From: Planctomycetota bacterium
Lineage (GTDB): Bacteria > Planctomycetota > UBA8108 > SXIK01
Assembly: GCA_965223845.1 (NCBI GenBank)
Contig: CBDCXR010000004.1
Coordinates: forward strand, 3,136,001-3,200,000
Direction: 5' to 3'
DNA length: 64,000 bases
Of this stretch, positions 18,758 through 27,433 are shown piece by piece. The stretch's first letter is position 1. Each line of letters begins with the position of its first letter. A program made the translations under genes and the position numbers. The notes beneath the pieces are model-generated. The model had not been told where the DNA came from and did not search any database. It saw nothing but the letters and a program-made list of their open reading frames with translations.

Positions 18758-21439
18758 ATGCGCGCGCTCTACCTGGGTTCTGCCGTTCTGCTTGTCTCGC
18801 TCGCTTTGACGCCGGTCGTCCGAGCCCTCGACGCTCCGGTTTACATCAACTTCGGTGGTCCAGAGGTGGTCGACTCGTTCGGCCGCACGTGGCTCGGTGA
18901 TCAGGGTGCGGGGGCCGACGTGCTCGATATCCGGCCCGACGACGCGGGCGGATTCAATACGATAGAAGGCTGGTGCAATCCGTCGGCTGCGTCCGTCTCC
19001 GCACTCGTCGCGGATTCGTCTCTCGGTGTCAACTTCAACGGTTCGCACCCGGGAGACGTGAACCTCTTCCGCAGCATCCGCTGGGACCTCGGCGGGGAAG
19101 CTCCCGACTACGTGGTCGAGATTCCGATCGCGCCCGGTTCCTATCGCGTCGCCGCGTACTTCTGCGAGAGCTGCTGCCCCAATCGCCACTCGAAGGTCCT
19201 CATTCAGGGTGAAGTCGCGTTTCCGGATGTGAGTGTGGCCTCCTACGCCGGCGGCGCGACCCACACGCCCGGTGTGCACGAGCAGGCGGACGTCATGGTC
19301 GGCGAGGACGGAATCCTCAACCTCACGCTCCTCGGCTGTCTCGATCCGGAGTGTCCCGGAGGTGGCGACGGCAATCCGACGCTCACCGCGCTCGCCGTTG
19401 TCCCGTCGGATTTCGACCCTTGCTCCGATCCGGGCTTCCGCGCTTGCCCCGGTGGACTCGGTTCGTCCGTCGACGGCGACGGCAACGTCTCGCTTTCCTG
19501 GAACGCCCCGGTCTGCATCGCGCCGACGGGCTACGAAGTCAGCCGCGACGGAGAGGTCATCGCGAACATCGCAGGCGATTCGCTGTCCTTCGACGACTCG
19601 ACCGCTAGTCGCCTCACCAACTACTCGATCCAGGCGCAGTTCGACGACGACACCGTCTGCCCGCCGATGGAGATCACCGTCCTCCGCGAGGAAGTGGCGT
19701 TCGACGTCCCCGTTCGCATCAACATGGGTGGTGTACGGACCACCGACAGCCTCGGCCGAGAGTGGCTCGGTGACGGACCCGGCGGCGGCGATCCCCTCGC
19801 GATCCGCCCGAACGACCTCGGCGGAGCGAACACGATCGAGTTCTGGTGTGCGCTCAACACGGCGCTCGAGCCGGACGCCCTGCAGGCTCTCGGCCTCGAC
19901 CCCTACAACTCGAGCGATGTCTACGTCTTCAACACGATCCGCTGGGACAACGGAGGCGATGCCGAGGACTACGCGCTCGAGCTTCCGATTGCCGATGGCG
20001 ACTACATCGTGAACCTCTACTTTAACGAGTGCGGGGGCGGTACGAACCGCCACTTCAAAATTGAAATGGAGGGTGCGAGTGTCGACAACGATGTCAATTC
20101 CGGGAGGTATTCCGCGGTCGCGGCGTCCGGTCGAACGGGGATTCTGTCCTATGACGCGACCGTCGCCGACGGCGCGCTCAGCATCTCGCTCCTCCCCTGT
20201 GGCGAGTGCCTCGGCGCGACCGACACGAATCCGATTCTGAACGCAGTCGAGGTCGTCCCGGCCGGAACGGTGACCCCCGTTTGCGCGCGCCAGCTGAGAG
20301 CGACAGCAAACGAGGCAGGAGACATGGTCGACCTCGCGTGGATGGCGCCGATCGACGCCGGCCAGACCGGTTACGACGTCCTCCGAAACGGCGCGAGCAT
20401 CGGCATGGCCGCCGCCGACGCGACCACGTTCACCGACGACTCGCCGCCGTGTAACCGCACGGTTCTCTACGAGCTCGTTCCGCTCTTCGAGGGGGACTCA
20501 CCGTGTCCGGGCATCGAGCTCCGGGCGGTGGTTACGCTTCCCGATTGTCCCTTCGCAGCGCCGATTCGCGTCAACATGGGTGGACGTACGGCGAGCGATT
20601 CGAGCGGCAATCTCTGGGTCGGAGATCCGGGCGCCGGAGCGGACGTGCTCGGGATGCGACCGAATGACGATGGCGGAACGAATGCGATCGAGAACTGGTC
20701 GGCCGGGATCCTCGACGCCGACTCGTTCACGAAGCTCGGGCTCGATCCGACGCACCCCGGCGACGTTCACGTCTTCACATCGATCCGCTGGGATCCGGCG
20801 AACGACGCGGCGAACTTCATCATGGATCTCCCGCTCGCCGAGCCGGGCACCTACACAGTGAACATGTACTTCAACGAGGCGTGCTGCGTCGGCCGGAACT
20901 TCAAGATTCAGGTCCACGGTGCGATCCTCGACGACAACGTGAGCTACCTCGACTACGACGCCGAGCCGGCGCTCGGGAAGTCGGGTGTCCTCAGCTTCGA
21001 AGGAGTCCTCGCGCTCGACAATATCCTCATCGGACTTCTGCCGTGTCCCGAGTGCCCGCGCCCAGCGGGAGTCGGAGCGGACAACAACGCGATCATCGAT
21101 GCCCTTGAGATCATTCGCACCGGCGACGTCCCCGATGGGACCACCATCCAGATAGCCGGCGATTGCAACCAAGACGGCGGACTCGACATCTCCGATCTCA
21201 TGTGCTCGATTCGCACGCTGTTCCCGGGATTCCTGCTCCTAGGCTCGAGTCCGAGTCCCTGCGGAACGCCCGAGGGTGACGCGGCGCTCCTCGATTTCGA
21301 CGGGAGTGGCGGCTTCAGCACCGTCGACGTCGTCGGGTTCGCGCAGTACCTCTTCGGCGGCGGGCAAGGACCGGCGCTCGGCACCGGTTGCGGGCCCATC
21401 ACCGTTCCGGGCTGTAACGCGAGCGCGAGCTGCCCGTAA
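18758..21439 (+). CDS. Secreted protein with 3 malectin-like domains, 2 Cys-bracketed FN3-like spacers and a C-terminal dockerin-like module (893 aa)
   Basis: AAGGAGGT RBS directly before ATG 18758; signal peptide; repeats INFGG/INMGG...DSxGRxWLGD...IRWD...YxVxxYFxE...RxFKI; C-terminal AGDCNQDGGLDISD...LLDFDGSGG. Confidence 0.88.
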   Translation: MRALYLGSAVLLVSLALTPVVRALDAPVYINFGGPEVVDSFGRTWLGDQGAGADVLDIRPDDAGGFNTIEGWCNPSAASVSALVADSSLGVNFNGSHPGDVNLFRSIRWDLGGEAPDYVVEIPIAPGSYRVAAYFCESCCPNRHSKVLIQGEVAFPDVSVASYAGGATHTPGVHEQADVMVGEDGILNLTLLGCLDPECPGGGDGNPTLTALAVVPSDFDPCSDPGFRACPGGLGSSVDGDGNVSLSWNAPVCIAPTGYEVSRDGEVIANIAGDSLSFDDSTASRLTNYSIQAQFDDDTVCPPMEITVLREEVAFDVPVRINMGGVRTTDSLGREWLGDGPGGGDPLAIRPNDLGGANTIEFWCALNTALEPDALQALGLDPYNSSDVYVFNTIRWDNGGDAEDYALELPIADGDYIVNLYFNECGGGTNRHFKIEMEGASVDNDVNSGRYSAVAASGRTGILSYDATVADGALSISLLPCGECLGATDTNPILNAVEVVPAGTVTPVCARQLRATANEAGDMVDLAWMAPIDAGQTGYDVLRNGASIGMAAADATTFTDDSPPCNRTVLYELVPLFEGDSPCPGIELRAVVTLPDCPFAAPIRVNMGGRTASDSSGNLWVGDPGAGADVLGMRPNDDGGTNAIENWSAGILDADSFTKLGLDPTHPGDVHVFTSIRWDPANDAANFIMDLPLAEPGTYTVNMYFNEACCVGRNFKIQVHGAILDDNVSYLDYDAEPALGKSGVLSFEGVLALDNILIGLLPCPECPRPAGVGADNNAIIDALEIIRTGDVPDGTTIQIAGDCNQDGGLDISDLMCSIRTLFPGFLLLGSSPSPCGTPEGDAALLDFDGSGGFSTVDVVGFAQYLFGGGQGPALGTGCGPITVPGCNASASCP

Positions 21440-21483
21440 CGCGACTCGTCATTGTTTCGATTTCAACCGATCGTTGGGGAAGG

Positions 21484-21523
21484 GTGGGTCGAGTCCGGGA
21501 CAAGCGTCCCGGGCTCGACCCAC
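21484..21523 (+). other. Intercistronic 18-bp stem-loop without a U-tract
   Basis: GTGGGTCGAGTCCGGGAC-AAGC-GTCCCGGGCTCGACCCAC with one G-U pair, just upstream of the RBS of the 21553 gene. Confidence 0.75.
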
Positions 21524-21552
21524 GGTTATCCATCTCAGGAGGGGGTCCCATC

Positions 21553-24500
21553 ATGCGTCCCATTCATCGCGTGGTCTGTTCAGCAGGGTTCGCGCTTCTC
21601 CTCGCCGCGCCGGCTGCGGCACAAGAACTGTTCAATGTGCCGGTGCGCATCAACATGGGAGGTCCGGAACTCACCGACTCGTACGAGCGGGTGTGGTTGT
21701 CCGATCGAGATGACTGCGGGGGCGCACAGAACGTCGATCCGCTGAACATTCGCCCCGACGACCAAGGCGGCGAGAACGCGATCTGCGATTGGGCGATGGG
21801 GAACTTCCAGCCGGATTCCCTCGACAATCTCGGATTCGATTCCTTCGATCCGAACGACGTGTCGATCTTCAACACGATCCGCTGGGACAACGGCGGAAAC
21901 GCGATCGACTTCTTCATGGAGATCCCGATTCCGGCCGGGTTCTACCACGTGAACATGTACTTCACCGAAGGGTGCTGCACGGGGCGGCACTTCAAGATCG
22001 AGCTCCAAGGGGAGATCGTCGACGACGACGTGAGCTACCTCGACTACGACGAGGAAGCTCCGGCTCTCGGGCGAACCGGCGTCCTCGGGTTCAGCGACAT
22101 CGAGGTCGGCGACGACCAGATCCTCCGCATCGGGCTCCTGCCGTGCCCGGAATGTCCGCGCGAGGCCGGAGAGGGTATCGACAACAACGCGATCATCGAC
22201 GCGCTCGAGATCATCTCGGACGCAAACTGTGATCACCTGGGAATGGATTTCAACAGCGAGTTCGACACCGAAACGGGCCGCGTGTTCGGCTCCTGGAACG
22301 GTGTTGCCGGGGCGGAAGCGTACCGAATCCTCCGCAACGGGGATCCTCTGGGCGATGACTTGGCCTCGAACGCGCGCAGCTTCGTGGACGCCAACCCCGG
22401 AGACGCTGGCACCGCCGGCGTCCGCTACACCGTCCAGGCTCTCGATGGCGGAGTGCCGATCAGCGAGTGCTCGAGCTTTGTGAAGACCTTCGCCTGTCCC
22501 TCCGACCTCGTCTGCGAAGTGACGGCGGGAGAGGCCGAGGTCGCGCTCTCCTGGAACCCGGGGGCTGGGCTCGACGTTTCGGGCTTCGAGATCCGCGCGA
22601 ACGGCGAGCTCATCGATACGCTCGGGCCGGACGCGAGCGTGTACGAGCACGAGCCGACGGAGAGAAACATCGCCTACACCGTAACTCCCATCACGGACCC
22701 GCCCGGCGGCTGTTCCGAGATGACCTGCACGGTCTGTGTCGACGGCGCTGCCTTCGAGACTCCGCTGCGCATCAATCTCGGCGGCCCCGAGCTCGTGGAT
22801 TCGCTCGGCCGCGTCTGGCTCTCGGACAATCTCGGTACCCAGGACGAGCTCTGCATTCGTCCCGACGACGGCGGCGGGTTCAACAACATCGTAAATTGGT
22901 GCCCGCAGACTCCCGAGTCCGTCGAGGCCCTCGGATTCGATCCGACCAATCCCAACGACACCTCGATCCTCGGTACGATTCGGTGGGACGTCGGCGGTGA
23001 CGGGGTCGACTGGATGCTCGAGCTTCCGCTCGCGGACGACGGGGAAGACTCGTACACCGTGACGATGTACTTCAACGAGTGCTGCTGTCCGGGACGACAC
23101 TTCCAGATCGCGATCGAGGAGGAGCTCGTCGAGGAGGACGTCGCGGCATCCGATTTTTTCCAGGCGGGTAGCCTCGCGAACGTCGGCGCACGCGTCTACG
23201 AAGACATCATCGTCGACGACGGCGCGCTCACGGTGCATTTCATTCCGTGCCCCGACCCGGACTGCCCGGGAGCGAACGACATCAACGCGATCTGCAGTGC
23301 GATCGAAGTCGTGCCGAGCACATTCGACCCGTGCAGCAATCCCGACTTTACGCAGTGTCCGCAGGGCCTCACCTGTGTCGTCGGTGCGAACGGCGCGGTC
23401 TCCGGCGAATGGGAAGGACCGCTTTGCTTCGACGTGCAGGGTTACGAAGTTCGGCGAGATGGAGACCTGATCGACACGCTCGCAGCGGATGCGACTTCGT
23501 TTACGGACACTCTCGAAGCACGCATTGGAAACTACACCGTCACGCCGCTCGTCGGCGAGGGCGATCGCGCCTGTAGCGCGATGAGCTGCAGCGTCGTCCG
23601 GCCCGAGATCCCGTTCGCCGTGCCGCTCTATATCAACATGGGCGGACCCGCTACGGTCGACAGCCGCGGTCGCCAGTGGCTCGGCGATGAGGGCAACACG
23701 GATCCGCTCGGCATCCGTCCGGATACCGCGGGCGGACCGAACTCGATCGTCAACTGGTGCCCACGGACGGCGGTCTCAGAAAACGACTCGTACGAGTCGC
23801 TCGGGTTCGATCCGAACGCCGAGAGCGATCGTTTGATCCTCAACTCGATCCGATGGGACGTCGGGGACGACGACCAAGACTTCCAGATTGGTAACGATCT
23901 CGACCCCGACGACATCGACTTCCGGCTCGAGATTCCGGTTCCGAACGGGGACTACCTCGTCAGTGCGTACTTCGCCGAGTGCGGCGGCCCCGGCGCCCGT
24001 CACTTCTCCGTTGAGGTCCAAGGCGATCTCGTCGCGGAGGATGTGAGCACGCTCGAATACTCGGACATCGCGCGACCCGGCCGGCTCGGTCGACTCGACT
24101 TCGACGACATCTCCGTGACGGACGGGATTCTTCGCGTCGGATTCCTCCCCTGCCCGGACTGCGTCGACGCGATCGATTTCAATCCGATTGTGAACGCCCT
24201 CGCGATTCAGGCGGCCGGTTCGGCGGAGCCCATTTGCGCGCGCGATCTCATTTGCGAAGTCGACGGCGGCTCGGTCACGGGCTCGTGGGTTCCGGGTATC
24301 GGTGTCGAGGTGACCGGATACGAAGTGCTTCGAAACGGTCAGCTCATCGATACGCTCGGTGCGGACGCGACTTCGTTCGACGACGACGTGCCTTGTTCGC
24401 GTGTCACGACGTACGAAGTCCGTCCGATGACGGACGGCGATTCTCCCTGCCCGAACCTGGCGATGCGCTGCACGATCACGGATCTGACCTGTCCGTTCGA

Positions 24501-25374
24501 GGCTCCGGTCCGCCTCAATATGGGCGGCGCGACGACCCCGGACTCGAAGGGGAACATCTGGGTCGGAGACGGCCCGGGCGCCGGCGATCCGCTCGACATC
24601 CGCCCCGAGGACGGCGGCGGAACGAACACGATCGAAAACTGGAGCGCCGGACTGCTCGCCGACGACACGTTCGAGAAGCTCGGCCTCGACCCGACGCATC
24701 CGGGCGACGTCTACATCTTCAACACGATCCGCTGGGACAACGCGGCGGACGGACCGGATTTCGATTTCCGCATGGAGATCCCGATCGACGACGGCGACTA
24801 CGACGTCCACTTCTACTTCAACGAAGCGTGCTGTCGCGGGCGTCACTTCCAGATCGAGCTGGAAGGTGAGGTGCTCAACGACGACGTGAGCTACACCGAT
24901 TACGACGAGACGCCGGACCTCGGCCGAGCGGGACGCCTCAGCTTCCCCGAGATCGCGGTCACCGGCGACATCCTCGAGATCGGCCTCCTTCCCTGCCCGC
25001 TCTGCGAGCGCGAGGCGGGCGCCGGCGTCGACAACAACGCGATCATCGACGCGATCGAGATCGTTCGTTCCGGCGACATGCCGCGCGACGAGTTCAAGCG
25101 CGGCGACGCCAACACCGACGGCTCGGTCAACATCGCCGACATGATCTTCATGCTGAACCGCCTCTTCGGCGACGGCGGCCTTCCGACCTGCCTCGAGACC
25201 GCGGATCTGAACGGCGATGCGAACTTCAACATCGCCGACGCAATCTTCGGTCTCAACCGGCTCTTCGGTGACGGTCCGCCGCCGATCGACGGTCACGGAC
25301 CGGACGGGGACGAGTGCGGTGAAGACCCGAACCCGGGGAACTCGCTCGGGTGCGAGTTCTACGACAAGTGCTGA
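21553..25374 (+). CDS. Secreted protein with 4 malectin-like domains, ~4 Cys-bracketed FN3-like spacers and a C-terminal dockerin-like module (1273 aa); paralog of the 18758 gene
   Basis: AGGAGG RBS, ATG 21553, signal peptide ending APAAA; four INMGG/INLGG/LNMGG...W...IRWD repeats; EFKRGDANTDGSVNIAD...ADLNGDANFNIAD. Confidence 0.88.
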   Translation: MRPIHRVVCSAGFALLLAAPAAAQELFNVPVRINMGGPELTDSYERVWLSDRDDCGGAQNVDPLNIRPDDQGGENAICDWAMGNFQPDSLDNLGFDSFDPNDVSIFNTIRWDNGGNAIDFFMEIPIPAGFYHVNMYFTEGCCTGRHFKIELQGEIVDDDVSYLDYDEEAPALGRTGVLGFSDIEVGDDQILRIGLLPCPECPREAGEGIDNNAIIDALEIISDANCDHLGMDFNSEFDTETGRVFGSWNGVAGAEAYRILRNGDPLGDDLASNARSFVDANPGDAGTAGVRYTVQALDGGVPISECSSFVKTFACPSDLVCEVTAGEAEVALSWNPGAGLDVSGFEIRANGELIDTLGPDASVYEHEPTERNIAYTVTPITDPPGGCSEMTCTVCVDGAAFETPLRINLGGPELVDSLGRVWLSDNLGTQDELCIRPDDGGGFNNIVNWCPQTPESVEALGFDPTNPNDTSILGTIRWDVGGDGVDWMLELPLADDGEDSYTVTMYFNECCCPGRHFQIAIEEELVEEDVAASDFFQAGSLANVGARVYEDIIVDDGALTVHFIPCPDPDCPGANDINAICSAIEVVPSTFDPCSNPDFTQCPQGLTCVVGANGAVSGEWEGPLCFDVQGYEVRRDGDLIDTLAADATSFTDTLEARIGNYTVTPLVGEGDRACSAMSCSVVRPEIPFAVPLYINMGGPATVDSRGRQWLGDEGNTDPLGIRPDTAGGPNSIVNWCPRTAVSENDSYESLGFDPNAESDRLILNSIRWDVGDDDQDFQIGNDLDPDDIDFRLEIPVPNGDYLVSAYFAECGGPGARHFSVEVQGDLVAEDVSTLEYSDIARPGRLGRLDFDDISVTDGILRVGFLPCPDCVDAIDFNPIVNALAIQAAGSAEPICARDLICEVDGGSVTGSWVPGIGVEVTGYEVLRNGQLIDTLGADATSFDDDVPCSRVTTYEVRPMTDGDSPCPNLAMRCTITDLTCPFEAPVRLNMGGATTPDSKGNIWVGDGPGAGDPLDIRPEDGGGTNTIENWSAGLLADDTFEKLGLDPTHPGDVYIFNTIRWDNAADGPDFDFRMEIPIDDGDYDVHFYFNEACCRGRHFQIELEGEVLNDDVSYTDYDETPDLGRAGRLSFPEIAVTGDILEIGLLPCPLCEREAGAGVDNNAIIDAIEIVRSGDMPRDEFKRGDANTDGSVNIADMIFMLNRLFGDGGLPTCLETADLNGDANFNIADAIFGLNRLFGDGPPPIDGHGPDGDECGEDPNPGNSLGCEFYDKC

Positions 25375-25418
25375 GTCGGGCTCGGCGGACCTCGGTTCGC
25401 TAATTCCCGAAACGGCTG

Positions 25419-25463
25419 AGCTCGGCGGCCTCGCCCCCCACGCGAGGCCGCCGAGCTTTTTTT
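25419..25463 (+). terminator. Rho-independent terminator
   Basis: 16-bp perfect stem AGCTCGGCGGCCTCGC / GCGAGGCCGCCGAGCT running into a T-tract, downstream of the 25374 stop. Confidence 0.85.
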
Positions 25464-25492
25464 CGTTTCGCTTGGCGCGCTCGCCGCAAATC

Positions 25493-27172
25493 CTACTTCT
25501 CGCCCGCTCGCACCTCCGCGATGTTGAGAAGGTGCTCCTTGATCTTCCGGTAGGAGTGGAGCGCGTCGGAGTACGTCGTACTCACGAGCGGAGTCGACTC
25601 CTCGTGAGCGAGTCGATCCCAGTGGCGGGAGCGAAGCGAGCGGACGTGGTCGTTGATCCGCTCGCCCTCCGCTTCGGATCGTTCGAGGACTTGCTTCTCG
25701 TCGCCGGTTCCGGTGACGAGATCGAAGTACTTTTCGACCCGCTCGTGGAGCCCCGAAAGCTCGGCATTCTGCTCTTCGCTGTAGTCGAGCTCGCCCTCGC
25801 GAATGCGGAGCCGGAGCTTGAGGACCTGCGTGATGTAGTCGCTCACCGACTCGTACTCGTCGCAGATCCGGATCTGGTCCTTGGCCTCTTCGGTGAGGTC
25901 GTGACTGAGCTGACCGCTGAGCGCGTCCGTCAGGAACACCGTAATTTCCTTCTGCACGGTGTCGAGTGTTTCTTCGCGTTGGAACACGCGAGTCGAGAGG
26001 TCTTGGCGGTCCGTTGGATCCGCGAGAAACTCCTTCAACTCGTCGAGCATCGCTCGTGTGCTTTGCTTCATCTTGACGAGCTCGGCTCGCCCTTGCTCGA
26101 TCGCCGCGAAGGGAGAATCGTACATTTGAAAGTCGAGGTTCGTGAGGTAGCGCTTTTCCTTTTTCGGCTTGTCGGAAACGCGGCGCTCCAGCAGCCGGGC
26201 GAAGAAACCGATGAGGGGCAGAAAGAGTAAGACGTTTGCGACGTTGAATACCGTGTGGACGGTCGCGATTCCCGCCGTAGTGTGCGGGAAACTCTCGGCA
26301 CCGCTTTCGTCGACGACCGGAGCGTTGAGATCGTCGATTCCAAAGAAGGTGCTCACGACGGCTCGGATGAGCGGGAGATAGAGCCGGAAGATGGCCGTGA
26401 TCCAGAGGACGCCGATGAGATTGAACACCACGTGGAAATACGCCGCGCGGCGGGCGTTGGCATTCGCGCCGATCGACGCAAGAAAAGCCGTGATTGTCGT
26501 TCCGATGTTCTCCCCGAGCACGAGGGCCGCGGCCGTCTCGAACGTGAGGGCGCCGTTCAGTGCGAGTGCGATCGTAATCGCGAGCGTCGCCGAGGACGAT
26601 TGGACGATGACGGTGAGCACACAGCCAACGAAGGCGCATCTGAGGACGCCAAAGTAGCTGTCCGCGCTGAACTCCCTAAACCACGCTTCGAATGCGGGCA
26701 TGGTTCGAATCGGCTTGAAGCCGTTCTTCATCAACTCGAGGCCGAAGAACACCATGCCGATTCCCATGACCGCCATCGCGATGTACCGGACCCGCTCGCG
26801 CTTCGAGAAGAGGAGGAAGAAGGCGCCGACGCCGAGAATCGGGAGTCCGTACTTGCCGACCTTTAAGACGAGAACCCAACCGGTGATCGTCGTCCCGATG
26901 TTGGCGCCCATGACGACACCGATCGCCTGATTGAGCGCCATCAACCCGCTGTTCACGAATCCGACGACCATAACGGTCGTAATCGAGCTCGACTGAACGA
27001 GACACGTCACTAGAGTTCCGACGCCGACCGCGAGAAACCGGTTGTCGGTCACCATTCCGATCATCCGTCGGAGCGAAGGACCGGCGATCGCCTGCAACCC
27101 ATCGGACATGTTCCGCATGCCGAGGAGAAAGATGCCGAGTCCACCCACTACGGTAAAAATGAGTTCGCCCAT
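25493..27172 (-). CDS. Na+/phosphate cotransporter family protein with C-terminal PhoU-like helical domain
   Basis: GGLGIFLLGM N-terminus, two QSSS motifs, GANIGTTIT and GENIGTTIT repeats, soluble helical C-terminus. Confidence 0.92.
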   Translation of the reverse strand: MGELIFTVVGGLGIFLLGMRNMSDGLQAIAGPSLRRMIGMVTDNRFLAVGVGTLVTCLVQSSSITTVMVVGFVNSGLMALNQAIGVVMGANIGTTITGWVLVLKVGKYGLPILGVGAFFLLFSKRERVRYIAMAVMGIGMVFFGLELMKNGFKPIRTMPAFEAWFREFSADSYFGVLRCAFVGCVLTVIVQSSSATLAITIALALNGALTFETAAALVLGENIGTTITAFLASIGANANARRAAYFHVVFNLIGVLWITAIFRLYLPLIRAVVSTFFGIDDLNAPVVDESGAESFPHTTAGIATVHTVFNVANVLLFLPLIGFFARLLERRVSDKPKKEKRYLTNLDFQMYDSPFAAIEQGRAELVKMKQSTRAMLDELKEFLADPTDRQDLSTRVFQREETLDTVQKEITVFLTDALSGQLSHDLTEEAKDQIRICDEYESVSDYITQVLKLRLRIREGELDYSEEQNAELSGLHERVEKYFDLVTGTGDEKQVLERSEAEGERINDHVRSLRSRHWDRLAHEESTPLVSTTYSDALHSYRKIKEHLLNIAEVRAGEK

Positions 27173-27255
27173 GAGATCGTTCTCGGAGAGGGGGCCGGAG
27201 GTGTCGACGCGCGCCGTCGGGCCCGCGAAGCCGGGCGCGAATCGTGCTAGAGTTT

Positions 27256-27282
27256 TATGAAGATTGTGTGAAAATCTTCATA
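27256..27282. promoter_or_regulatory. AT-rich operator-like site upstream of the Na+/Pi transporter: 10-bp perfect inverted repeat overlapping a Pho-box-like 11-bp-spaced direct repeat
   Basis: TATGAAGATT-N7-AATCTTCATA; the minus strand reads TTCAC-ACAATC-TTCAT. Confidence 0.55.
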
Positions 27283-27433
27283 TTTGACGGGGTGCCACTG
27301 GGCAGGATGGCACACAAAGGCTTTCAAAATAATAGCTTGCAACATTACCCAGGCCTTCACATTCGCCTCCGAAGCCCGGCGCTGACCCGAGTTTTTTCGG
27401 GGGGTTCTATCCCCGACCGGAGCTGGTATTCGC

